64,000 nucleotides of DNA from Flavobacterium haoranii (GTDB taxonomy: Bacteria > Bacteroidota > Bacteroidia > Flavobacteriales > Flavobacteriaceae), in the NCBI GenBank assembly GCA_003246205.1, contig QKBC01000021.1:106398-170397 (forward strand). The letters run 5' to 3'. Both the position numbers and the translations under genes were made by a program. Shown here piece by piece: positions 41,381-50,244 of this stretch (position 1 is its first letter; each line of letters starts with the position of its first letter). The notes beneath the pieces are model-generated. The model saw only the letters and a list, made by a program, of their open reading frames with translations, ran no database searches and was not told the origin of the DNA.

Positions 41381-42055
41381 TTTAATTTCGAAATGATAAC
41401 CGTCTCTTTCAAGCTTCTGATACTCAGAATATTTAAATTTATATAATTTTGCCGGTCTACCACTTTTTTTATTGGCAAACTCTTCTGTTTCTTCTATAAT
41501 CCCAAAACTCAACATTTTTTTTCTAAAGTTTCTTCGATCAATTTCTTTCTCCAAAATTGTGGTGTAAAGATTTTCTAATTCTGAAAACAAAAATTTTTCC
41601 GGAAGTAATCCGAATCCAATAGGTTTATATGTTAGCTTATCTTTTAAGCGCATAATGGCTTTAGTAATCATTTCATTATGGTCGAAAGCTAAATTTGGGA
41701 CATTCTTGATTTTCACCCAAGCGACATTATCTGCATCAGTATCTGCTTTTAAAATTAATTTGGTCGGATCAACCAAACCAAAATAAGCAACAGAAACCAC
41801 CCTATTTCTAGGATCTCTCGTAATATCATCACCAAAAGTATACAACTGCTCCAAGTAGTTGACTTTTACATTTGTTTCTTCTTGCAGTTCTCTTTTTACA
41901 GCATCTATTAATGATTCATCTTCTTTTACCAAACCTCCGGGAAGTGCCCAGTATGAATTTTGACTTCCAAACTTCTGCTGAATCAATAAAACATAAAGCT
42001 CCATCTCTTTATATCCGAAAATAATAGCATCTACTGCCAGTCTTATCTGTTGCAT
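41372..42055 (-). CDS. nrtR: NrtR Nudix-wHTH transcriptional regulator
   Basis: WALPGG..Nudix box RELQEET, RDPR..VVSVAY, LAFDH, DRRNFRKK, GRPAKLY. Confidence 0.92.
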   Translation of the reverse strand: MQQIRLAVDAIIFGYKEMELYVLLIQQKFGSQNSYWALPGGLVKEDESLIDAVKRELQEETNVKVNYLEQLYTFGDDITRDPRNRVVSVAYFGLVDPTKLILKADTDADNVAWVKIKNVPNLAFDHNEMITKAIMRLKDKLTYKPIGFGLLPEKFLFSELENLYTTILEKEIDRRNFRKKMLSFGIIEETEEFANKKSGRPAKLYKFKYSEYQKLERDGYHFEIKFA

Positions 42056-42064
42056 ATTTCACAT

Positions 42065-42085
42065 TTTGTGTAACTCATACACAAA
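42065..42085. promoter_or_regulatory. NrtR-type operator 3 (autoregulation)
   Basis: TTTGTGT-AACTCAT-ACACAAA with perfect arms, overlapping minus-strand -7 TAATTTTG (42082-42089). Confidence 0.8.
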
Positions 42086-42172
42086 ATTAAATAAATAACC
42101 TTAACATTCCCTTATCAGTTGTTCTATTTTGCTTTTTGTAACTTTGTTAGGCACAATTTAACAACAAGAGCT

Positions 42173-43336
42173 ATGAACAATTTCGAATTATACAATCCGG
42201 TAAATTATGTCTTTGGAAAAGGACAAATTGCAAAACTTTCTGATTTAGTCACTTCCAAAAAAATTTTATTGACTTATGGAGGGGGAAGCATTTTCAGAAA
42301 TGGTGTTTACGACCAAGTTAAAGAAGCACTACAAAACGTAGAAGTAATCGAATTCGGAGGTATTGAACCTAACCCTCGTTTTGAAACGCTAATGAAAGCG
42401 GTTGAAATCATTCGCAAAGAAAAAATTGATTTTATTTTAGCTGTAGGTGGTGGAAGCGTTATTGATGGGACAAAATTTATTTCGGCTGCCGTTCAGTTTG
42501 AAGGTGACGAAGCCGATATTCTAAGAAAACGAATTCTTTTCAAGGATCTTGATAAAGTAGTTCCTTTCGGAACTGTGTTGACGTTACCTGCAACAGGATC
42601 TGAAATGAATTCCGGCGCCGTAGTTACTATTGAAGCTACCCATGAAAAACTAACTTTAGGCGGAAGTGCTTTGTTTCCTAAATTCTCTATTTGTGATCCA
42701 ACGGTTATTGAATCGCTACCAAAACGCCAATTGCAAAATGGTGTAGTTGATGCTTTCACTCATGTCATGGAGCAATATTTAACCTATTCCCATGATGCCA
42801 TCCTTCAAGATCGCATTGCCGAAGGAATTTTACAAACTTTAATTGAAATAGGGCCACGTGTAGTAGAAAATCCTACGGATTATACCTTAGCTTCAAATTA
42901 TATGTGGAGCTGCACGATGGCTTTGAATGGCTTGATCAGTAAAGGTGTTCCTGCCGATTGGGCTACGCACATGATTGGCCACGAATTAACGGCTTTATAT
43001 GAAATTGACCATGCACGAACTTTAGCTATTATCGGACCAAATCTGTACAAAGTAATGTTTGAAAGCAAAAAAGAAAAATTAGCTCAATACGGAAAACGTG
43101 TTTGGAATTTAACCGGAAGTAACGATGCTATTGCACATCAGGCTATTGAAAAAACAGTGGATTTTTTCCACACTATGGGAATGAAGACCAAAATTTCTGA
43201 AAACACAGAAGATAATTACGAAGAAACTGCTAATATTATTGTAAAACGCTTTGAAGAACGCGGCTGGAAAGGATTAGGTGAAAAACAAGAAGTAACCCCG
43301 GAAAAAGTACGTGAAATTGTCGAAATGAGTTATTAA
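42173..43336 (+). CDS. Iron-containing alcohol dehydrogenase (YqhD/BdhA-like)
   Basis: YGGGS, GIEPNP, AVGGGSVID, PATGSE, WATHMIGHELTA..DHA. Confidence 0.93.
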   Translation: MNNFELYNPVNYVFGKGQIAKLSDLVTSKKILLTYGGGSIFRNGVYDQVKEALQNVEVIEFGGIEPNPRFETLMKAVEIIRKEKIDFILAVGGGSVIDGTKFISAAVQFEGDEADILRKRILFKDLDKVVPFGTVLTLPATGSEMNSGAVVTIEATHEKLTLGGSALFPKFSICDPTVIESLPKRQLQNGVVDAFTHVMEQYLTYSHDAILQDRIAEGILQTLIEIGPRVVENPTDYTLASNYMWSCTMALNGLISKGVPADWATHMIGHELTALYEIDHARTLAIIGPNLYKVMFESKKEKLAQYGKRVWNLTGSNDAIAHQAIEKTVDFFHTMGMKTKISENTEDNYEETANIIVKRFEERGWKGLGEKQEVTPEKVREIVEMSY

Positions 43337-43344
43337 CTCCTTTT

Positions 43345-43436
43345 AAAAAAATAAAATCGGCTTGGTTATATAACCAAGCCGATTTTTTACCAACCTAAAC
43401 TTAAATAGACTTAACCCAAAAACTATTTAACGGTAT
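43345..43436 (-). ncRNA. Candidate small RNA (~90 nt)
   Basis: Minus-strand promoter TAGCTTTG (43439-43446), hairpin TTAAATAG...CTATTTAA, ends in the palindromic terminator; shares a motif with the 9940-10055 candidate. Confidence 0.45.
43353..43386. terminator. Bidirectional terminator
   Basis: AAAATCGGCTTGGTTATATAACCAAGCCGATTTT perfect palindrome. Confidence 0.85.
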
Positions 43437-43608
43437 AGCAAAGCTATAAACATGAATTATCTAGATAACGCTCTGACCGTTTTTTTAATTGCCTCAACAG
43501 TTTTAAAAATTTGTTAAAGTTTCATTGGTGGCCAAATACCCGCTAACGAAAACGTTTTTTATTTCACAGCAGAATGTTTACCTTTGAATTTCCTTAATTT
43601 GTAATCGA

Positions 43609-44604
43609 ATGGAAGAAAATCCCAAATTTGCCGTTATAGGCGGAGGAAGTTGGGCTACAGCAATAGCCAAAATGTTATGCGAAAATCAAAGTGAGATCGC
43701 TTGGTATATGAGAAGCACTTATGCTGTTGAACATTTAAAACACCAAAAACACAATCCTAACTACTTAAGTTCAGTTGAATTTGACATTAAGCAATTGCGT
43801 CTTACCAATGATATCAATGAAGCTGTAAAATTTGCCGATTATATCATCTTTGCTATCCCATCGGCTTTTTTAAACGGAGAACTTGAGAAACTAACGGAAA
43901 GCCTGGAAAATAAAGTTATCTTTTCAGCTATTAAAGGAATTGTCCCTGAAACCAGTTTGATAGTGGGGCAACATTTTCATGAAAAATATGATATTCCGTA
44001 TGAAAACATTGGTGTTATCACTGGACCTTGTCATGCGGAAGAAGTCGCTTTAGAAAGACTTTCTTATCTTACTATTGCTTGCGGCGATTTGAAAAAAGCT
44101 AAAATAATGGCTAAAAATCTTAGCAGCAATTACATTACCGCTAAAACTTCTGATGATATTGTAGGAACCGAATATGCTGCTATGCTGAAAAACATTTATG
44201 CCATTGCTGCAGGAATTGCTCACGGCTTAGGTTATGGCGATAATTTCCAATCTGTTTTAATGAGTAATGCTATTCGCGAAATGAAGAAATTCATTCGAAA
44301 AGTACACAAAATGAAACGCAACATCAATAACTCAGCTTATTTAGGTGACTTGTTAGTAACCGGTTATTCTGTTTTCTCCCGAAATCGTATGTTCGGAAAT
44401 ATGATTGGAAAAGGTTACACCGTAAAATCAGCTCAAATGGAAATGAGTATGGTGGCTGAAGGCTATTATGCCACTAAAAGTGCTTATTTACTAAATCAAA
44501 AATACGGAGCTAAAACACCTATTATCGATGCTGTTTATGGTATTTTATATGAAAATAAGGATCCGAAAACTGTCTTTAAAAAATTAACAGAAAAACTGGA
44601 TTAA
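43609..44604 (+). CDS. gpsA: NAD(P)H-dependent glycerol-3-phosphate dehydrogenase
   Basis: GGGSWATA, IKG, GPCHAEEV, LKNIYAIAAG, GDLLVT..SRNR. Confidence 0.95.
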   Translation: MEENPKFAVIGGGSWATAIAKMLCENQSEIAWYMRSTYAVEHLKHQKHNPNYLSSVEFDIKQLRLTNDINEAVKFADYIIFAIPSAFLNGELEKLTESLENKVIFSAIKGIVPETSLIVGQHFHEKYDIPYENIGVITGPCHAEEVALERLSYLTIACGDLKKAKIMAKNLSSNYITAKTSDDIVGTEYAAMLKNIYAIAAGIAHGLGYGDNFQSVLMSNAIREMKKFIRKVHKMKRNINNSAYLGDLLVTGYSVFSRNRMFGNMIGKGYTVKSAQMEMSMVAEGYYATKSAYLLNQKYGAKTPIIDAVYGILYENKDPKTVFKKLTEKLD

Positions 44605-44762
44605 AACACATTATTCCAAAATAAAACATTAAAACTTTGAAATTCAACATTTTAAATAAAATTTCAGAGTTTTTATATTTTTATAAATACCTGATTAACA
44701 AATATTTAATCCATTTTTCCTTGGTTTAAAAAACAGCTTATATCTTTGCAAAAAATTTCTCC

Positions 44763-45740
44763 ATGGATCATTTAATCAATCATCCGATTATAATTACCAT
44801 TTTTGTGATTACTATTTTTGTGATGCTTCTTTTGGATTTAGGCATTTTGAACAAAAAAAGTCATGCTATTTCAAGCAGAGAAGCCGCAATCTGGTCTGCA
44901 ATCTGGATCTCGTTAGCTATGGGATTTAGCGGTATTATTTACCATTATATGGGGGTTGAGAAATTCACACAATTTCAAGGAGCTTATTGGATTGAAAAAG
45001 CTTTATCTGTTGACAACTTATTTGTTTTCATCTTGGTTTTCGGATATTTTAACGTTGGACGTGAATTACAGCACAAAGTTTTATTCTGGGGTGTTTTGGG
45101 TGCTTTGCTTTTCAGGGCTATTTTTATATTTTCAGGCGTTTGGATCTTAAATTACACTTATTTACCTGAAATGGAGCTCTTCGGACATCATGTAAAAATC
45201 AATTACTTGTTAACTATTTTCGGATTCATCCTGATTATAGCAGGAGTAAAATCTTGGTTTAGCCACGGAGAAGACGAAGGAGACAAAGACTTTTCTAAAA
45301 GTCCGGGAGCACGAATCATTCATAAGCTCTTCAAAGTAAGTGATTGGTTTGATGGTGATAAATTCTTTACTTTTCAGAATGGAGTTAAAATGGCAACTCC
45401 TCTTTTGGTTGTTTTAGCTATTGTAGAATTTACCGATTTGTTATTTGCCGTTGATAGTATTCCGGCCATCTTCGCCATCGCTCCTGATGATCCTTTTATT
45501 TTATACACTTCAAATATTTTTGCCATTTTAGGGCTGAGATCACTTTATTTTCTTTTAGCTAACTTCATGTATATGTTCGGGCGTTTACATTACGGATTAG
45601 CCTTAATTTTAGCTTTTATCGGCACAAAAATGATTATTGCTCCGTTTGTTCATATTTCATCTCCTACTTCTCTTGCGGTCGTGGGAAGCATTTTAATCAT
45701 TTCTATTTTTTGGTCTATTTTGTTTCCAATTAAAAAATAA
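44763..45740 (+). CDS. TerC/Alx-family metal-homeostasis membrane protein
   Basis: EKALSVDNLFVF, DLLFAVDSIPA, TSNIFAILGLR. Confidence 0.93.
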   Translation: MDHLINHPIIITIFVITIFVMLLLDLGILNKKSHAISSREAAIWSAIWISLAMGFSGIIYHYMGVEKFTQFQGAYWIEKALSVDNLFVFILVFGYFNVGRELQHKVLFWGVLGALLFRAIFIFSGVWILNYTYLPEMELFGHHVKINYLLTIFGFILIIAGVKSWFSHGEDEGDKDFSKSPGARIIHKLFKVSDWFDGDKFFTFQNGVKMATPLLVVLAIVEFTDLLFAVDSIPAIFAIAPDDPFILYTSNIFAILGLRSLYFLLANFMYMFGRLHYGLALILAFIGTKMIIAPFVHISSPTSLAVVGSILIISIFWSILFPIKK

Positions 45741-48563
45741 CTAGTTCACTTCAATTTCGTCGATAAAAATAAAAGCGTCGTTCCCTGAACTGATATGCCA
45801 TTCGGGCAATTTACCAAAATTTCGAGCAATCACTTTTACATATTTAGCTTGTGCAGAAACTTCAGCCGTTAGCTTTTGTGTTAGCACTTCGTTTTCTTTT
45901 GGATCAATCGTATTTTTCACAACTGCAACTCTTTCAAAATTTACATTGTCTTTAGAAATGTAAAACTCTACCTGAGCCGGCATCACAATCCAAGCGCGAG
46001 TATCTTGTAAAAAATCTGCCGAAATATTTGAAATCTTTATTTCTTTCTGTAGATCAATCGTAGCTTCAAAGTCTTGTTCTTGATACCCTTGCCAACCGCC
46101 TTTTCTCCAATTGGTCACACCAAAAATTCCGTCAATTAAACCTTCTGCTCCACCAGCATGATATTGGGGATTGTATTTCGATTTAATGTCAATTGTAAAG
46201 TTGTTGGGTTTTTTGAAGAATTGAGCAGAAACCGTATCGCTTGTATAGTTACCATTTTTCACAAAAGCTTGAATTGTTGCCGTTTGTGTTATTTCAAAAG
46301 GTTTTGTGTATTTAACGAACATTTTCTTTGCCAAATAATCATCTTTATCATTAATAATGTAGTAAATAGAATTATTCGAATCTTGAGATTTTATTTCAAT
46401 CTTCAAATTATCTTTAAACGATTTACTTTCTGCTTGAATTACTGGAACTGGAACAGTATTTTCATACGTTATGATATTATTCCAATCAATTTCTTCAGAA
46501 GAATCAATTTCTTTCTCTTGTTGAATCGCTTTTTTGTTGTTGATTTTTCTTTGTTTTTCAGAAATGATACATTTTTCACCATCTTCAATATTGATGATAA
46601 CTTTATCAAAATATAAATCATTTTGGTAAACATCATAAAGTTTTCCCGGACAAACTGGATATTCGCCTAAAACACTCCAAACATACCAAGCGCTCATTTG
46701 TCCACAGTCTTCATTTCCTATTAAACCGTCGGGTTCATTTTTATAGAAATTATCTAAAATGAACTTTACTTTTTCATTTGTTTTTTCGGGTTTGCCAATG
46801 TAATTATACAAATATGTCATGTGGTGACTTGGCTCGTTTCCATGTGCATATTGTCCAATTAAACCTGTAACATCTGCTTGATTACGACCGGTAGTTTTGC
46901 TTTCGCTATTGAACATTTCGTCTAACTTGGCTTCAAACTTTTCGTTACCGCCATAAGCTTCGATCATTCCTTGAATATCTTGTGGCACAAAAAAAGTATA
47001 TTGCCACGCATTGCCTTCGGTAAAATTATTATTAATCTCTTTAGGATCGAATGGTGTTTCCCAACCTCCATTTTTCTTTGGACGAATGAAACCGGTTTCC
47101 CAATCAAATAAATTTTTCCAATTTTGAGAACGCTTCATGAAATATTGACAATCCTCTTGCTTGCCTAAAATCATAGCCATTTGTGCAATGCACCAATCAT
47201 CATAAGCATATTCCACTGTTTTAGAAACACTTTCATGTTCATCATCAATTCCTATGAATCCTTGTTTTTTATAAGCATCTAAACCTAAAACATCTCGCAT
47301 AGCGGAAGCTTTACTGGCTTCAAAAGCTTTTTCGTAATCAAAACCTTTAATACCTTTTACCATCGCATCGGCAATAACCGAAACCGAATGGTAACCAATC
47401 ATACAATCGGTTTCATTAGACGCCAATTCCCAAACGGGCAATCTTCCGCCTTGTTCGTATTGCTTTATAAAGGTATTGATGTAATCAGCTGTACGTTTTT
47501 TATCTATCAACGTATATAAAGGGTGTGCTGCTCTAAAGGTGTCCCAAAGCGAAAAAACCGTGTAATAATCAAATCCTTCCGCTTGATGGATTTCATTATC
47601 TCGACCACGATATTTTCCGTCTACATCTTGTGCAATATTCGGTTGCATCATGGTGTGATACAAAGCCGTGTAGAAAATCGCTAACTTATTTTTATCATCT
47701 GAAAAAACTTCAATTTTTGACAATTCTTTGTTCCAAGCTGCAATAGCATCTTTATGTACTTTATTGAAATCCCAATGTCTGATTTCAGAACTGTTCAATT
47801 TGGCACCTTCAAAACCTGTTGGTGAAAGTGACACTTTTACTAGAATTTTTTCTCCTTTTTTGACTTTTTTTGAAAAACTCATTGCTAAGTCATTTCCTTT
47901 ATATATCCAGTTCAATTTAGTAGTTTCGCCCTTTATTAAACTTATATCTAAAGGAACATTAAACTCAATTCGAGCGTAAACATATTGATCTCTTGCCCAA
48001 GCTTCGCTTCTTCTCAAAACTTCAATAGTTTTATCATCTATTATATTTACTCTTCCTTCTAAAAGTTTATCGCGATGGTTTAAATCCAAAATGATATTCG
48101 CTTGTCCGGCTTTGTTAAACGTATATTCATGGAAACCAACACGTGTTGAAGTGGTTAATCGTACATCGATATTGTGTTTGTCTAATTTCACAGAGTAAAA
48201 TCCGGCAGACGCTTTTTCGTTAGCATGCGAAAAAGAAGAAGAATACTCTTTATTATCAAATGAAGGCTCACCCATAGTTGGCATTAGCATGATGTCGCCA
48301 TAATCAGAAACACCGGTTCCGTTCAAGTGCGTATGCGAAAAACCATAAATTACATCATCGGAATAATGATAACCCGAACAACCATCCCAACTCCCATCAA
48401 TACGTGTATCGGGTGATAATTGAACCATTCCATAAGGAACCGTTGCACCTGGAAAAGTATGACCGTGACCACCTGTTCCAATAAATGGATTGACATGATT
48501 TGCAACGTTTTGCGCAAAAATAGAGTTAGCAATTAAAAGTATACTAAAAAGAAAAATCCTCAT
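45741..48563 (-). CDS. GH92 alpha-mannosidase with C-terminal Fn3-associated and F5/8-like domains
   Basis: VNPFIGTGGHGHTFPGA, SLWDTFRA, EGNAWQY, HGNEPSHH, GNEDCGQMSAWY. Confidence 0.92.
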   Translation of the reverse strand: MRIFLFSILLIANSIFAQNVANHVNPFIGTGGHGHTFPGATVPYGMVQLSPDTRIDGSWDGCSGYHYSDDVIYGFSHTHLNGTGVSDYGDIMLMPTMGEPSFDNKEYSSSFSHANEKASAGFYSVKLDKHNIDVRLTTSTRVGFHEYTFNKAGQANIILDLNHRDKLLEGRVNIIDDKTIEVLRRSEAWARDQYVYARIEFNVPLDISLIKGETTKLNWIYKGNDLAMSFSKKVKKGEKILVKVSLSPTGFEGAKLNSSEIRHWDFNKVHKDAIAAWNKELSKIEVFSDDKNKLAIFYTALYHTMMQPNIAQDVDGKYRGRDNEIHQAEGFDYYTVFSLWDTFRAAHPLYTLIDKKRTADYINTFIKQYEQGGRLPVWELASNETDCMIGYHSVSVIADAMVKGIKGFDYEKAFEASKASAMRDVLGLDAYKKQGFIGIDDEHESVSKTVEYAYDDWCIAQMAMILGKQEDCQYFMKRSQNWKNLFDWETGFIRPKKNGGWETPFDPKEINNNFTEGNAWQYTFFVPQDIQGMIEAYGGNEKFEAKLDEMFNSESKTTGRNQADVTGLIGQYAHGNEPSHHMTYLYNYIGKPEKTNEKVKFILDNFYKNEPDGLIGNEDCGQMSAWYVWSVLGEYPVCPGKLYDVYQNDLYFDKVIINIEDGEKCIISEKQRKINNKKAIQQEKEIDSSEEIDWNNIITYENTVPVPVIQAESKSFKDNLKIEIKSQDSNNSIYYIINDKDDYLAKKMFVKYTKPFEITQTATIQAFVKNGNYTSDTVSAQFFKKPNNFTIDIKSKYNPQYHAGGAEGLIDGIFGVTNWRKGGWQGYQEQDFEATIDLQKEIKISNISADFLQDTRAWIVMPAQVEFYISKDNVNFERVAVVKNTIDPKENEVLTQKLTAEVSAQAKYVKVIARNFGKLPEWHISSGNDAFIFIDEIEVN

Positions 48564-48644
48564 TTTACAGTTTGCTTGAAGTTGTAAAATTGAGGATTAT
48601 TTATTAAAAACACAATTTTGTGTTTTTCTTTTAACAAAAGAAAA

Positions 48645-49052
48645 TTAAACCGCTAAAACACCACGACGCGCAATAACCGGTAAATCGGTTTGAGCTTTTT
48701 CGTTAATGCTATTGGTTCTAAAGATGAATTTCTTATCGTATAATTTACCGTCTAGGAAATAACTCAACATAAACTCATTGTTCAACTGTAAAACATTGTT
48801 TTCTAACAATTCTACTTTTACAGCCGTTTTTGGTTCCACTTCGTTAAACGCATGACGGAAAGTTGCCGTTTTTCTATTTTCGCCATTAATCAATCCATAA
48901 GCTCTTGAAACTACAATTGCCATTTCCAATTTTTGATTGGTTTCATTCAATAAATAAGCATACCAAGAATGCTCTTGAAAATCATCATTCCATTCACGTA
49001 TGGCAACTATATGAACTCCTTCTACTTTTGGGATAACAATATCTTTTTTCAT
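48645..49052 (-). CDS. Conserved hypothetical protein
   Basis: Open frame downstream of pheS, MKKDI.IP.V start. Confidence 0.7.
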   Translation of the reverse strand: MKKDIVIPKVEGVHIVAIREWNDDFQEHSWYAYLLNETNQKLEMAIVVSRAYGLINGENRKTATFRHAFNEVEPKTAVKVELLENNVLQLNNEFMLSYFLDGKLYDKKFIFRTNSINEKAQTDLPVIARRGVLAV

Positions 49053-49099
49053 GATACTTAAAAGGAACAAATATTTCGTTCCTTATTTTATAGATTATA

Positions 49100-49127
49100 A
49101 GATTCCTCGACTCCGCTCGGAATGACA
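49100..49127. repeat. REP-like palindromic element (single copy in window)
   Basis: AGATTCCTCGACTCCGCTCGGAATGACA GC-rich imperfect hairpin in AT-rich spacer. Confidence 0.55.
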
Positions 49128-49137
49128 AACCACTTGA

Positions 49138-50157
49138 TTACAAACTTGATTTAAATTGCTCCAAGAAACGTACGTCATTTTCATAAAACATACGAATATC
49201 TCCAATTTGGTACAACAACATTGCAATACGCTCAATCCCCATACCAAAAGCAAAACCAGTATATTCATCTGGATTGATACCACAATTTTTCAACACATTA
49301 GGATCAACCATTCCACATCCCATAATTTCCAACCAACCTGTTCCTTTAGTGATTCTATAATCAATTTCATTATTTAATCCCCAGTAAATATCAACTTCGG
49401 CACTTGGCTCTGTAAACGGGAAATACGACGGGCGTAAACGAATTTTTGATTTTCCGAACATTTCTTTAGTGAAATACAACAACGTTTGTTTCAAATCAGC
49501 AAAAGAAACATCTTTGTCAATATACAACCCTTCTACCTGATGGAAAATACAATGTGAGCGCGCTGAAATATCTTCATTACGGAACACTCTTCCCGGAGAA
49601 ATAGTACGGATAGGTGGCTTATTGCTTTCCATATAACGTACTTGAACAGATGACGTATGAGTACGCAACAAGATATCCGGATTGGTTTGAATAAAGAAAG
49701 TATCCTGCATATCTCGAGCCGGATGATATTCCGGTAAATTTAATGCTGTAAAATTATGCCAGTCATCTTCTATTTCGGGTCCTTCAGACACATTAAAGCC
49801 TACATTGGAAAAAATATCGATAATTTGATTTTTCACAATAGAAATAGGGTGACGAGAACCTAAATTTATAGGCTCACCCGGACGCGTTAAATCACCATAA
49901 ATACCTTTTGCTACTTCTTTACTTTCAATTTGTTCTTGTAAAGCTGCTACTTTTTCTTCAGCAATAGTTTTTAGCTGATTGATCACTTGTCCGAAATCTT
50001 TTTTCATTTCATTCGGAACTGTTTTAAAATCAGCAAACAATTCTTTTAGTAATCCTTTGCTTCCTAAGTATTTGATACGGAATTCTTCTATTTTCTCCTT
50101 GTTATCAGCATGAAAAGCTTTTACTTCTTCAATGTGATCTTTAATCTTGTCAATCAT
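49138..50157 (-). CDS. pheS: Phenylalanine--tRNA ligase alpha subunit
   Basis: [43 protein letters not shown]. Confidence 0.98.
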   Translation of the reverse strand: MIDKIKDHIEEVKAFHADNKEKIEEFRIKYLGSKGLLKELFADFKTVPNEMKKDFGQVINQLKTIAEEKVAALQEQIESKEVAKGIYGDLTRPGEPINLGSRHPISIVKNQIIDIFSNVGFNVSEGPEIEDDWHNFTALNLPEYHPARDMQDTFFIQTNPDILLRTHTSSVQVRYMESNKPPIRTISPGRVFRNEDISARSHCIFHQVEGLYIDKDVSFADLKQTLLYFTKEMFGKSKIRLRPSYFPFTEPSAEVDIYWGLNNEIDYRITKGTGWLEIMGCGMVDPNVLKNCGINPDEYTGFAFGMGIERIAMLLYQIGDIRMFYENDVRFLEQFKSSL

Positions 50158-50244
50158 TGCAAATCTTAAATTGACCGCAAATTTACAAATTAAATTTTTT
50201 TTGACTTGATTTAATTGTAAAGTTTCTCGCCTTATAAATAAAAA

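Noticed and set aside
34979-42085. Prophage or integrative-element origin of the ADP-ribose operon
   Set aside because: No integrase, transposase, tRNA, att-like repeats or phage genes are visible; mobility is unproven.
44605-44762. Possible yybP-ykoY riboswitch upstream of terC
   Set aside because: The -7 element TATCTTTG lies only ~15 nt from the ATG, and the spacer is AT-rich with no aptamer-like structure.
49095-49283. 62-aa ORF ending VCHSERSRGIL
   Set aside because: Alternative frame of pheS running into the REP-like element.
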